A DNA stretch of 64,000 nucleotides, taken from Lama guanicoe (Eukaryota). How positions within the stretch are numbered: position 1 is the first letter of the stretch; each line of letters begins with the position of its first letter. The notes beneath the pieces are model-generated. The model had not been told where the DNA came from and did no database searches. It saw nothing but the letters and a program-made list of their open reading frames with translations. The stretch is taken from positions 5,167,824 through 5,231,823 of the forward strand of contig MU054391.1 of assembly GCA_013239625.1 (NCBI GenBank), in the 5' to 3' direction. Shown here piece by piece: positions 1-12,959 of this stretch. A program made the translations under genes and the position numbers.

Positions 1-529
1 AAATCTTACGCCCCCAGCTCACAAAACAAAGGAAATTTCTTTCCTATTTAACTGCCAACAAAAATTCTCAGTTTTTAAGGGTTCTATTCTATGTCCTAGT
101 AGAAGTAATTTACCAAAATTAAAATTCTGAAAAAGTTAACCTCTAAGTGTTAAGTCCTCACCAAAAAACCACCTTTCCATGACACATTTTTGCTCATTTC
201 AGAAGTGACCACCTCAAAAGCACTCATTGGCACATGTGCACTTTGCAGTGAGGGCCACACAGCAGCAGTGTCACCAGCCCAGAGCTCTGGTCCCAGTCCC
301 ACCCGGCACTGGCTGGGAGGTCCCGGAGGCTGCAGCCAGATGCGCCCCCGCCGTGTGTCCGGCGGCCAGGGGAGCAATGGAGCAGACTGAGCTCTGCGAA
401 GGAAGTGGTCTGTGCCCAGCACCGCGCAGGCGCACCCTACGTGGAAACAAAGTCCCACAATCTGCCCACATTCCGAAACGCCACTTGCTGAGCAGTTAGG
501 ATGTGTGAGGCGTCTTATATCCTCCATTA

Positions 530-612
530 ACTGAATAATCCTCTCAATCACCTGGAAAATAGTCACTATTACCCCATTTTTTAAATGAGGACATGGGAGC
601 TCAGAAAACTAC
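530..612 (-). mobile_element. MIR SINE fragment
   Basis: ATTACCCCATTTTTTAAATGAGGACATGGGAGCTCAGA resembles the reverse complement of the MIR core. Confidence 0.5.
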
Positions 613-1466
613 TATCCGCAATACACAAGTGCTCATTCTGAGCCACATGATGGAAAGTGACTTCTGTGTCCTGGAACCGGGTGGGTGCTGTGCTGCAGAC
701 ACCCTCCCTCTCCAGGGGAGGCAACCCTCCTCACCCCACCCAGCTGCGGCCAGCGGAAGCCCACTCACCTGGATTTTGAGAGCAAACCTGATCTTGAGAA
801 TTTGCCAGATGACATTTCAATCTGCAAGGGAAATCATGACTGGGAAAGACCAGGGAAGCCCGAGGGTAAAGAAGGAGAAAGGCTGTCTCTGTCAGAGTTA
901 GACAGGAAAGGTTCGCCAGTGAGAAGGGAACACCCACGTCTTTACAACCTCCACCCTGTCACGACATGAAGCAGCAGACGACGTGACACTGCCGTCAGGG
1001 CACAGAAACCGTCAAAACTAAAGCAACGCTGGGGATGACAAGCAGCTTGGATTCAAGGACACCTAACAGAGGAGGCAGTCGGGAAACAGCCAAGGACCGT
1101 CTACAAGTGACGTCTGATGTTAGCCACTCTTCTTAAATCCTGTGAACATACATTTACTTTCCATAGAATATTCACTTACTCTTCATATTGAGATATATCA
1201 AAAAAAGACTTCACTATATTTTTCAATGACAATTTCTCCTACTTCACTTTTACCTTTTAATTGGAAAACACGTTGTAATATTAACATTTGTAAATTACCC
1301 ATCACTTGGCAGGAGCCTAACTTCTTTACCACTACCTATGAATGTGAAGGAAAGAAAGCCAATGAAATCTAGGTAAAATGAAATGTTTAGAGTGTGTGTT
1401 ATTTTGTTTAGCTAGTTTCTCTGACGAAGCAGAAACTGTTTTAATTACTATTGTTAAAAATCTTAA

Positions 1467-1494
1467 ATGTATGTATGTATGTATGTATGTATGT
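1467..1494. repeat. (ATGT)7 microsatellite
   Basis: Read directly from the sequence. Confidence 0.95.
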
Positions 1495-2584
1495 GTTAGT
1501 TCTCTTTCCTTTCTCAGTGTCTACTTTTTCATATCTCCTCCTTGGTCTAAAAAGGAATTTAAAGCAGATGCCTTTTTTCTGACTCCAAAACTCATGTTCT
1601 TTCCACTATGCCATTCTGCCTCTCAAATACCTACTCACTGACTGTGACAAGCCAACACTAGCTAGTCTAGCACTAGAGATTTAAGAGATAATGAATAGTT
1701 TCTTCCCCCAAGAGCTTACCATCTATCTTAGTGAGTGAATGGGGAGAAAAAACCTAATATGGTCCAGTATGGCAACTGCTATAAATAATGACATGCACAA
1801 TTACCATAATAATTCAGCACTATGTTCCAAACTCTTTACACAGAAGAGTGAAGTCCTCACCACAATAGGTCCCACCTGCTAGGAGTGCCCCGCCCAGTTC
1901 CCTGGGCCTCAGGTCTCTTCTGGTGCAACGCCCCGTCTGCCCATCAGAGGACGAATGGCGGCACTAAACCTTCGGGGCTTTCTTTAGACCTGCCCACCTC
2001 AGCCTGCTTCACTATGTGGGAAGTTTACTGGGAAAGCTGTGTTCCTTCTGGGGGAACAGCTCTGCCTGCCTTGGGTGAGTTAAATTAACTCAGGACTAAA
2101 GTACTGGAAACTCCACCTGGCAGTACACCTAGGTCACATCCTCCAACCCAGCTCTCACCAGTGAGGCTGACAATCTGAGCCACATCGATCGGACTCTTGT
2201 TTCTTTCTCTCTCTGCCAGGTCTAAATTGGGCAAGAGAGGGTTATTGATTACAAGAATCCTAAAACTCCAACATGACTCTATTTACATATGAGGTGACTG
2301 GGGCTTCTACAGCTCAGAGAGGTGAAGTGACTAGTTTCAGGCCTCCTACCTAAAAAGCAACACTCCCACCATGTGACACCACTGCCTCCCAAACTGACTT
2401 AAGTTCCCAAACTGGCATTGCGCTAAGCTTAAGTCGAACTTCCCAAAAGGAAACAGAAGTGAGTGCTCAAACAGGTCACGTGTTCTATCACTTGCTGCTG
2501 TCAATTACATTCAGTTAGCTTCAAGAAATGAAATCTAAAAAATACACATAATCATCAGGCTGACAGCTCATGCATACGACAGAC

Positions 2585-3120
2585 AGATCCGTGCTGAGCA
2601 CCTGCTACGTGCCGGGCACCGCCCCAGGCACCAGGCACCATCAGTGGGGAAAATGAAGTCCCTGCTCTCGTGGAGATTACATTTTAGTGAGAGGAGCAGA
2701 CAATAAATAAGCATATAATGTCAAAATGTGCACAAGAATCTAACGTCAGTATTTTAAAAAATAAGACAGACGAAAAGCAAAGTGATGGGAACTTCTACTT
2801 CTGGAGGAGGGAGACCAGAGAAGGGCCTCTTTCGAAGGCGGTGAGCAGAAAGCTACAGCAGGTGAGGGGAGAGCCACACTCAGGTCTGGGGAGCAGGAGC
2901 AGTGAGGGCAAAGGCCCCGGTGGGACGTGCTCCCAAAATGCAAGCAACTGTGAAAAGGCCAGTGCAGGTAGAGGAGCGGAGAAAAAACTGTAGGAAATGA
3001 GGTTAGAGAGGTAGGCAGGGCCAAATCATGGCGGGACCTGGGAGTCTATCCTAAGAGAGGAGAGACGTCCCCAGAGGGCTCTGCGCAGGGCTATGACACA
3101 GGATTTGCACTGAACGCCTA
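2585..3120 (-). mobile_element. L2 LINE 3' end
   Basis: TGAGCACCTGCTACGTGCCGGGCAC...GTCCCTGCTCTCGTGGAGATTACATTTTAG...GCAAAGGCCCCG...AGGTAGGCAGGGCCAAATCATG, typical of the reverse-complement L2a/b tail. Confidence 0.75.
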
Positions 3121-4179
3121 CCATCTCTTTCTTTGCAATGTATTTCCTAAAATCATATGACAATTTTTTGTTTCTTCTTCACCTGCAAATAGAGACATCA
3201 AGGAAGAGGGGATTTTTCCCTGTTATTCTCAAAAACATGAAGCAGGGCTTCTAAAAGGAGGGAGAGAAGGAAAACGAGAATGTCAACTCAGTTAGCCATG
3301 ATCCTCGCTGGCAGCCTGGCGGCCTGAGCACGAGGCAGGCAGACAGAACCAGCCTCCAGCATCCGTCACAGTACCAGCCACCCTACCAGTGGTGTGGTCC
3401 CTTTTCACGGCAAGTCTAACTCTCTCAACAGTAAACCAACCGGGGAGACCAGAGAAGCAAGCACTATGAATAGGTCGAGCATAACAGTGAAATTCTAGAA
3501 GTGCCTTTAGGTAACTGATTTTTTTTAAACAAAACTGCTGGTAGACTTCCAAATGGTTTAGAGACTTAAGATTGATTTAGCATCATTTCTCTAAAAGTTA
3601 GAAATATAATCATCATAAACTTGTTTGCAAACATCAACAAATGGCTGAAGAGGAAGGCACCGGAACACCTAGCTCCTGCGTCAAAGAGCTTAGTCTAGCT
3701 GGGGAAATTACCTAGTAAACCCACACTTACAGAAACAGAGTGAAGGAGACCCCTCACCCAGCCACAAGCCAGAGGCAAGGGATAAAGGGAGGCTCCATCT
3801 GGTGAGGCATAATCTCCACCTTTGGAGCACATGGTAAAGGTAAGGGCAGTGGTGGAGCATCACCTGGTCCTGAGCTGACACTCACCCAAGCTGGGGAGTA
3901 CTGGTAACTTTCTGACACATAAAACATTCAAGCACTGAAGAACAAGACAATATAACTTCTAAAGTGTGTAAGTCTGATGAAATAAAAAGCAAAAACAATT
4001 TAAAATAATAAAGGACAAAATAAACTGTAATCATTTAAGAGCAAAAGCAAAAGTTCTAATAATTGTTTAAAAACTAGTAATTCAGACTATTGTTTCAGAC
4101 CCAAGAAACTTCTTTTCCTAGGCAAATAAACAGGTATACACAACAAACACATACATATATATGTATATATAAAAAATGA

Positions 4180-4580
4180 AGTTTGTTGCAAAATCATGAT
4201 AGCAAAAACATTGTATACAACAGAGGAATAATTAACTATGATATATCTAAATGATGGAACATTATATAGGCTTTCGAAATCAATTTAATAAAATAAAATT
4301 GAAAGTGACTCTCAAAGTGTTAAGTAAAAACAAAAGGTTACAAAAACCTTACATTCAGTAGGCCCCCAATTTTGTTTAAATATACACACACTACAAAAGA
4401 AGTTAGTGAAAGTTGTCTTTGAGTTGAAGAATGGGTGATTTTTAAATTTTCATCTTATACCTTTCTGTATTTTACAAGTTTTATACAATGAAAATGTGTT
4501 ACTTTTTTTTTTACATTTTTTATTGATTCATAATCATTTTACAGTGTTGTGTCAAGAAAATGTGTTACTTTTTAAATCAG
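4180..4580 (+). mobile_element. Old L1 (L1ME/L1MC-type) 3' UTR fragment
   Basis: ATGATGGAACATTAT...TTTCTGTATTTTACAAGTTTTATACAATGAAAATGTGTTACTTTT...AATCAG resembles old L1M termini. Confidence 0.5.
4503..4555 (-). mobile_element. Ultra-short young L1 3' terminus with TSD
   Basis: Minus strand TTGACACAACACTGTAAAATGATTATGAATCAATAAAAAATGT+A-tail, flanked by GAAAATGTGTTAC(TTTT) at 4490 and 4556. Confidence 0.85.
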
Positions 4581-4715
4581 ACAGAAAACACAGAAACTAA
4601 ATTCAGTTCCCTATTAGGGTACATAATACATTAGTGAAAATCCACATGAAATCAGAAATGCACAAATGAAGAACACATGTACATGTTACAAAAGGAGAAT
4701 CAGCTCCCCAAGAGC

Positions 4716-4761
4716 AAAAAAAAAAAAAAAAAAAAAAAGAAGAAGAAGAAGAAGAAAGAAA
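4716..4761. repeat. A23 followed by (GAA)n tract
   Basis: Read directly from the sequence. Confidence 0.95.
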
Positions 4762-4966
4762 TACCTAATTTCAGCCACATTTCAAGTTATAGATTCACTG
4801 AAGTTTGGTTTCACCTGTTACTTCAGCCCAAATCCACTATTCTGCCCTGCTTTGGATCTTGGACTGTGAAAGGACAAAAGGTCCGATGTCTTTTTCCTGG
4901 TCATTTCTAGCATCCTTCAATCTGTCACTTATCTCAATTTTATCACCTGAGAGAGACTAAACTATC

Positions 4967-6235
4967 ATTTTTTTTAATTGATGTACAGTTGACTTATAAT
5001 ATTATGTTACTTTCAGGTATGCAACACAGTGATTCAATATTTTTATAGATTATACTCCATTTAAAATTATTATAAAATATTGGCCATATTCCCTGTGCTG
5101 TATAATATATCCTCGTAGTTTATTCATTCTGTACATAGCACCTCTTAACCCCCAACCCTATCTCGCCCCTCCCCTACCCCCTCTCCGCACTGGTAAGCAC
5201 TAGTTTGTTCTCTAGACCTGCAAGTTTGTTTGTTTTGTTTTATTCATTGATTTGTTTCATTTTTCAGATTCCACATAAAAATGGTAACATACAGTATTTG
5301 TCTTTGTCTGACTTATTCTACCAAGCATTAACACTCTCCAGATCCATCCATGTTGTTACAAATGGAAATATTTCATTCTTTTTTTATGACTAATATTCCA
5401 CTGTGTATATGCAAGCATGTGGGTATATATGTATATGTGTGTGTGCATATACATATACATATATATCCTCCTCTTTATCCATTCACCTGTTGATGAACAC
5501 TTAGGTTGCTTCCATACCTTTGCTACTGTAAATAATGCTGCTATGAACACTGGGGTGCATGTATCTTTTCAAATTAGTGGTTTTGTTTTCTTTGGATATA
5601 TACCCAGGAGTGGAATTGCTAGGTCTTATGGTAGTTCTATTTTTAGTTTTTTGAGGAACCATCATACTGTTTTCCACAGTGGCTGCACCAATTTATATTC
5701 CCACCAACAGTGTACAAGGGTTCCCTTTCTCCACATCCTTGCCAACATTTATTATTCATGGTCTTTTTGATGATGGCCATTCTGACAGGTACGATGTGAT
5801 AACACAGTGGTTTTTACCTGCATTTCTCTCATGATTAGCAATGGTGAGCATCTTTTCATGTGCCTGTTGGCCATCTGTATGTCGTCTTTTGAAAAATGTC
5901 TATTCAGATCTTCTGCCCATTTTTAATTGGGTTGTTTTTTCTTGACATTGAATTATATGAGCTGTTTATATATTTTGGATATTAACCCCTTATTTGTCAT
6001 ATCACTTGCAAATATTTCCTCCCATTCAGGAGGCTTTTTTATTTGTTGATAGTTTCCTTTGCTCTGCAAAAGCATTTAAGTTTAATGAGGTCCCATTTGG
6101 TTATTTGACTTTTATTTCCTTTGCCTTAGGAGACAGATCCAAAAAAAGACTGCTACAATTTATGTCAAAGAGTGTTCTGCCTGTTTTCTTCTTGGAGTTT
6201 TATGGTTTCTGGTCTTCCATTTAGGCGTTTAATCT
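4967..6235 (-). mobile_element. L1 LINE, 5'-truncated (ORF2 C-terminus + 3' UTR)
   Basis: The minus ORF 5356-5550 ([26 protein letters not shown]) is the L1 ORF2 C-terminal motif. T-rich tail at 4967. Confidence 0.93.
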
Positions 6236-7734
6236 AATCAGCAAAATAACACCAATATATAAACAATGCATGTCACATTCATATTTTTTGTTCATGAATG
6301 AATATTAACTTCCAATATATATATAAACAGGCATTCTACATTTAACCTGGAATTAAATTACCTTATGTGACTTATATATTAATATTCTATCATTTAAAAT
6401 ATAAATACATGTTTGTTATTATGAGAGTAAAATGCTGTTATAATTGATGAGTATGAAAACCATTAACAGGAAAGCAAATGAGTCAATGTGAGTGTTGAGG
6501 AACGGTTTATTTATACAACTTCAGGAAGAACATTATATCCTTTGAGGAAAATCTTTCTAAAATTTTTAAAAAATCAGTAAGAGATTAGATTATTTTACAA
6601 TTGTATTACTTGTAAAATTGTTTAGTGTACTAACATAAAACAGCCTTTAAGAACTGTATTCGATTTTTAGTTATTTAGTTTAAGTCATTAAAAAATGACT
6701 TTTTTTAAATGAAAAAGCTCTATTTGGGAATTCTACACATCTTGACAAATGAATTAAAAGTAGAATAATTAGCTCTGCCCTCTCAATTTCCCAAGGAGAA
6801 AGAAGCCTAAACTCACACAATAATATCCAGAGTGAATCATACATACGTAATAAAAATATATAAGGAATATGGAAAAAGAAGAAGGTGTTACAGAGAACTG
6901 GGGTTCCCAAAACATGTTTTATTCTCACTAATTAAACCTGAAATCAACAGTCTTTATAAGAATGTTTTAAGAAGGTAATTCCTAATGTTTTGAATCTACA
7001 GAGGGAAACAAATGTTTACAGAAATGATTACAGGACACCATCGACCACTTTCAGGAGTTGAAGCCAAAGAAATTGTTGAGATTTGCCTTGATAATATTCA
7101 GCTTTAACTCACTGGTGATTTTAGCACTCAACCCTTAGACACTAGACCAAAGCTGTGATGTGCTGGAGCCCCTTTTAAACACAACCTTGGAGAACAACGT
7201 CCAGCACTTCATCCACGTCCCTCAGAGCTGCTCTTTTTCTCACACCTGGACACAATCAGCCATGAGTACAATTAGTCCACTGAGTCTAAAGAAGTGGTAT
7301 TTGGGGCACGCCTGGTGGTTTCCACCAGTGTCTCAACGATCATTGTCTCAAAGAACATACTTCTTGCTAAATCAGCAATTTTATTTTTATTTTTAGTACA
7401 TGCTAGCAAACAATAGAGGCAAAAAGGAATAAATCTTCAAAAAAATATGCCAACACTGCAATACTCTAAGAAGGGCAACCCCTGGAAACTGGACTCTCAG
7501 GGGCAGAGCTATCCATCCCAGGAGAGCGGGAAGTGCTCACTCATGAGTCCACAGATTCCACAGTAGAACATTTAGGGGTCCTGATACCTAATTTATTAAA
7601 GTGCAATTATTCACCAGCCAACCATGTGAAGACGAAATGGAATGTCTCCACCCACCTAAGAGGTGATCATGAAGAAGTGGGCTTATTCAGACAAATTCTG
7701 GATTATTCCAGAAAGTGTGTGAGCTCCAAGATGA

Positions 7735-7860
7735 CAAACTCTCTAACCACGACAGCTATCCAGAAATGGAACTGGCTGCCCTAGTAAAGGGAGCAAGCTC
7801 TCCGTCAGAGAAGTGTTCACACACAAGCCAGAGGACCTTTCACCAGAGAGCTCCTGGAGA
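7735..7860 (+). mobile_element. CR1/L3 LINE 3' fragment
   Basis: AGCTATCCAGAAATGGAACTGGCTGCC...AGCTCTCCGTCAGAGAAGTGTTCA resembles the L3 3' region. Confidence 0.5.
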
Positions 7861-8524
7861 AGATTTCATTTCACAGCAACAGGGCAATGACCACGATGCC
7901 CACATTTACAGCGTGCTTCCTACGCATGCGGCTCTGCAACGCAGGTAAAGCAAGGCTCAAGCCACACTCACAGAACCCGGGCTTGAACCAAGCTGACTCC
8001 TGAGCCCGTGGTCTTAACTGCTAGACTCAACACATGAAACCCATTTGCTCCCAAATCAGGATCATGATGAGACCCCGCCCATCAACCTACTCTAATCTCT
8101 GCAGCTCGAGGCCCCACACAAAGCCTGGCCATCAATCAACACTGATTCAAGGAGGCAGCCTGCTCTGCTCTCTGCAAACACTGTCTCCTAAACTACAAGC
8201 CGCACTTCTGCTCTGAGATGCCAGGAAAATTCATCCTGCAAGATTTGGGCTCAGGTGTTACCTCCTCCGACCAATCCAACCCCGAGTTACAGTTGTTTTT
8301 CCCTGGATGATTCCAGCGTGGTGGGGCCTGCCCTGCTCTCCCACAGATGCGTGACATTTACTAGCCCCCATGCCCACCCATCTCCTTGCTGTGACCTGCG
8401 GCCACGTGACAAAGGTCTGGCAAAAGGAACGAGGGTTAAAGTGACCCCCTGGCCGACAACTGAGACCACAGGGCTCTTCCCCTCCTTATTGGCTGGATGA
8501 CTGGAACCCTCCAAGGACTCCAGG

Positions 8525-8650
8525 CACTCTCCCCAGACCAGCAGCAGTAACATCACCTTCAAACTGCTTTGCTCGTAGGGCCCAGCAACCTGCGTTTTAA
8601 CCAGTGCTACAGGGGATTCCCACGGGACCTCACGCCTAGGGAGCACTGCC
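8525..8650. mobile_element. MER5A-like hAT-Charlie MITE fragment
   Basis: CCAGACCAGCAGCAG...GGGCCCAGCAACCTGCGTTTTAACCAG...GGAGCACTG. Confidence 0.6.
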
Positions 8651-8734
8651 CGCACAGACTCAACCACAACTAGGCTGGTAAGGTCCCAGGCAGCAGCACA
8701 AGTGTGGGAAGGAACAGAGGTCTCTGGATGACCA

Positions 8735-8870
8735 GGTGGCAGGGAACTATCCATCAATCTGGACCATTTACATCAAAATTGTTACGTAAGAAAACAAGCC
8801 TCCTGTTATCTTTAAAGCCTCTGACTTATCACTGGGACTCTGTTCAGCAGCCTTGGCCAAACTGACCCCG
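8735..8870 (+). mobile_element. MLT1 (MaLR) LTR 3' fragment
   Basis: TTGTTACGTAAGAAAACAAGCCTCCTGTTATCTTTAAAGCCTCTG...CTCTGTTCAGCAGCC resembles the MLT1 U5 end. Confidence 0.45.
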
Positions 8871-11800
8871 GCCCCTCTCTTCTGGCACTCCTTCACGAGC
8901 TGTGCCTGGGGTCTGCCCTTCTCTCCCACTAGACGAGACGCTCAGGAGCCAGACCAGCCCTCACTCCCCTCTGCATCTCTCCAGGGCCAAGATAACCCCT
9001 GGCCTGTATCACGTGCTCGATGGACAATGGTACCTACTTATCTGTTCCCATCTTTACTACCAAAGTGGTAATTCCTAACATCTAAAATTACAGCCACAAT
9101 CCAGCAACTTCCTTTTATAAAAATGGTCTAAAAGTGACAACCCTCACCACAGACTAACACTTCCCAATTCTACCATTCTCAGAATGATGCCAATTTGTCA
9201 AAGTTCTGTCTTCTACACTGCTGTGACCTAGTTTCTTTGGGTCCCGGTTTCAGAGAAGGGTCTTAATTTTGATCCAGTCCGTCTTCCCCGGAATGTAACT
9301 GACAGTCGCACACCACACACTTGGCTTTCCCTTGCTGTGCCTCGCCCTGCTGCACGTTGTTTACCGTCCGACGTAAAGATGGCTGACCTACCTGCTAACC
9401 CACGTTACCAGCCCAGCCAGGGCACTGGCCTGTACAGCCATTCCTCTTCATTTTACAAGAGCTAAAATTTCAATATCCTGCATTTACCAACTCTGGAGTT
9501 AGAGACAAAAGCAGGGAAAGAGGCTTAATATTCTCATTACTTTCCAGAGGTTCCTGATTGCAATAAAATCAATACAAAAAGGAAAACAACGCAAGACCAG
9601 CCTTCTGGCCTATTCCAATCTATTCTGTCTTTGCTGAAATGGTCCCAACATCCTCTTGTCTTTAATATTCCAAGCAGGGTTTTTTTTTTTTAAATCAACT
9701 CACATGTTTCCTACCAAATGCCATATCCCTAACACAGTTCCTTTATAAATTATTTCATAGTCCCGTGTGCTAAAATGGCGTCTATGCCAAAAACCATCTT
9801 GGAACAGCATATTTATTTCTCCATTAATTTATATTTTCATACCTTAAAAAGGAAACCTAACTCTTTAAAATGAATCATTCCAGTCCATATGGAAAAGTGT
9901 AACAAATACACAATTCAACAACACCCAGAATTCTAGCCTTTGATTAGTTTATCAGAATTTCCATTCGATTCCAACGGGAGGCTGAAGCTTGATGTTGTAA
10001 TGCCAAATGTACCAAGATTTTCCTTTACTATGTGGCTTTAAAAATATTTTCCAAGAACAAAAGGATAATCTCAGACGAAGGACCCTTAACCATTTAGTAA
10101 CCAAAGGCACTAAAGACCAGCTAAGGGTACCCCCGCCCTGCCCTCGACCCCATCCCCTCAGCTCTAAGCAGATACTGAAAATCTTCGTCACTTCTATTCT
10201 TGGTAAGTAGCTAACGTGAACAGCTGTGCCAGTCCCAGTATTAGAAAAGGCCCCGCTAACACTCACAGTGAAGCTCAAACTCCAAAGCCTGGACAGTTAT
10301 CACAAGATAAAATATTCCGGCCAAAATTCAATGTATACTCTTTAAAAAGCTGAAACATCGGTAGAGACTTATTAGGCAATCGAGACCTTTCCAAGTATGA
10401 CTTGATCCTCCACTAGCTAGACATTTCTTTCTAAATGTCACACCTTGTAAAGTAGCCTGGACAAGGCAGGCGGGTGAATAACTGTAACACTGGATCTGCA
10501 GAAATAAGAAGGTGACAGCCGTGTGAAACTCCAACCTTCCCACCTTAACGGGGATTAACTCTCAAGATTATTTCTGAGATTTGACCCTTTCCTAATGATG
10601 AGAACTAGTCAGACAAAATTTAACCTGAAATTCTGTTGGCCAATTTAAGGGTGAAATTATTAAGTGATGAAATATAAGAATTACATCTTCATCTATCCCA
10701 TGACATGCTTTCCAAGCCCTCTGCGGCCCTGACTGCCCTGCTATGGCTATAACCCAGTCTGTCAAGGTTCCTCTGATGCCTCAGAACAAAACAGTGTCCT
10801 TCAGATTAGAATGACCACCGTCAAGCAAGACAGAAACTGCTACCTATTTCCTGACGGCCGCTAAGCCAAATCTGGCCGAGCTGTGTTGTCTGGGCTCAAA
10901 AAGACTTTCACACAAAAAAAATCCAGAATTCCAGCTTCCCTTGAAAAATCAGCTTTGGTGACCATCCGCAAAAGTGACCTCAGAAAACGTCTGCATCTAC
11001 ACTTGGGTTCATTTATCTTCCTGACCTGGTACCCTCCAGAATCAGGATTTGGAATTTATGTTGGCAATACTTCGCCTAACCCAAGACCTCCTCAGGTAAC
11101 AATACCTTAAAATAAACAAGAACTCCCAGGGTTTATTCATAAAATTCAACGCTGGTCTCAGGCAATTCCCCTTCTATACAATTAATTTCTAGAACTTCAC
11201 TGCAAATCTTTACATTTACCTTTGAATTTAATATTGTTAAATTAGATACATTCAGTTCAGTCACTATCTATCCAGCAACCAGAACGAGTGGTTCTGAAAC
11301 TAGTGGCCTCACAAAGGCACAGCCTCTTTCTCCGTCTTTAACAAGGTAAGTACCACCTGAATGTCTCTCACATGTTGTAGCCTTACCTACGATTTACCTT
11401 CGAAAAGGAAATGAAAGGATTCAGAATTTTGTGTCTGTTTGTAACAGCTGGGAGCTGTTTAATATCCATGTAACTGAGTAACTTGAATATATCTAAAAGT
11501 ATATATTATCTACAACTCTGACCCGCCACAGATACCTAGTTTGGCACAGAAAAACCTCTAAAAACTGAAGTTTCTATGGGATTACGGTTTAAAACAAAAA
11601 GTATGTTACATCTTTGTCTGATGCCAAGACAGGAGCAAGGCAAGCTGGTCAGAGGCCTGGACTTGCACGAAGAATGAGGTCCATCTGGTTGGCACCTGGG
11701 CTGATCCCCTGGCCTCCTCACTCCATGAGGACACTGGCCACCGGGGAGGATCCACCGATGACCTGTCCTGCTGGCCGAGAAAGTCAGGCTTTCCCAGACT

Positions 11801-12829
11801 GGCTGGTTGGGGGAGGTGGGGGGAGGGGTGGGAGAAGGGTGGGGGAGGCGTAGTAAGTATCTCGAGGGCCCCACTGTCAGGCGAGAGGGTGGACACCAAA
11901 AGCAGACCTTCGTTCCTTCTGCACTCTGAAGGCTTCTTTTCTCTGAATAGCTTGGTAGCAGCGCTGATAAAGCTTCTCTTTCCCATCACCCCTTACCACC
12001 CAACGGTGTAATGACAATGTAACTGACCAGCTGAGGATACCGGTACCTCTCACAGCCATCTTCATCTCCCTTTGAATAATTAGTCGCATTCCTTCAAAAC
12101 TCTTCCATGCTTTGCGCATCTCCCTTCAAGTAACCCTCCTGAAGAAAATAAAAAGCTGCCAGAAAGACTGATGCATCTTCCTCCTAATCCATGGAGACGC
12201 ACTGTGCAGCCATCGCCATAAACCTCACAGCACAGGCCCCCTAACGCTTATGGCTACAAAGCCAGTAAGAAGCACAATGGTGACCAGATGGAGGAGACCG
12301 GGTCATGGTGACTGAACCTGACTTGGGGAGCTCAGCAAGCTGGGGAGCCCGAGGAGGAGATGCAAAGGCAGGGGAGCCCCTCATCTAGTGAAGGTCACCA
12401 CTGCTCTCCCGGCCGCACACCCAACCTTCTAGCCAGAGAGGGTGCGGGTGCCAACGAAAGATGCTGAGAAAGTGAAGAGCCCTTCCCTGCAGGGCCACTC
12501 AGAAGCTGGGCAAAGGTCCCTCCCAGGCCAGGAGCCTCCACCTGGCCGCCCAGCCAACTCCTCCGGTAGCTGCTGTCTTGGAAAATGCGAGAATCACTGC
12601 ATTAAACTGCAGCCCCTTTCTTCTTTGTATCCCGCGTGTCTAGCACGCTGTCTGACACACACTGGACACTCCGATACCCACAAAAGGGATCGCTGCAAAT
12701 GCAACCGACCCTGAAGAACCAAGGGATACGCAGACCATGCCCACCACGAGCCTGGAAAAGCATCTTGGCAGCTGCAGCACCCACCACGGGCTGAGCCCCC
12801 GCTGTGCTTGGCCCTCCGCCCAGCCCCCG

Positions 12830-12950
12830 GCCCCATTTTACAGACCAGGAAACTGACGCTCACTAAAGCTCAGTCCACACTGAGGCTTCACTGCTAATGA
12901 GTGACGATCAGCTGGGAATTTAGCCGGTCTGTGCTCCTTTCCACCCTCGC
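12830..12950 (-). mobile_element. MIR fragment
   Basis: CCCCATTTTACAGACCAGGAAACTGACGCTCA is the MIR core. Confidence 0.65.
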
Positions 12951-12959
12951 CCCGCTTAC

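Noticed and set aside
685..969. Plus ORF with HLDFESKPD resembling the CR1 RT motif YLDFSKAFD
   Set aside because: The similarity is limited to a few residues, with no further RT motifs.
4666..4910. Poly-Lys/Arg ORFs resembling an NLS
   Set aside because: They are simply the translation of an A23(GAA)n tract.
5205..6224. ORFs of 62-117 aa here and at 27563, 48241 and 56007-56912
   Set aside because: They are L1 ORF2/3' UTR remnants or their antisense frames.
10780..10802. Androgen-response-element-like AGAACA...TGTCCT in intron 1
   Set aside because: The half-sites are 6 bp apart rather than the required 3 bp.
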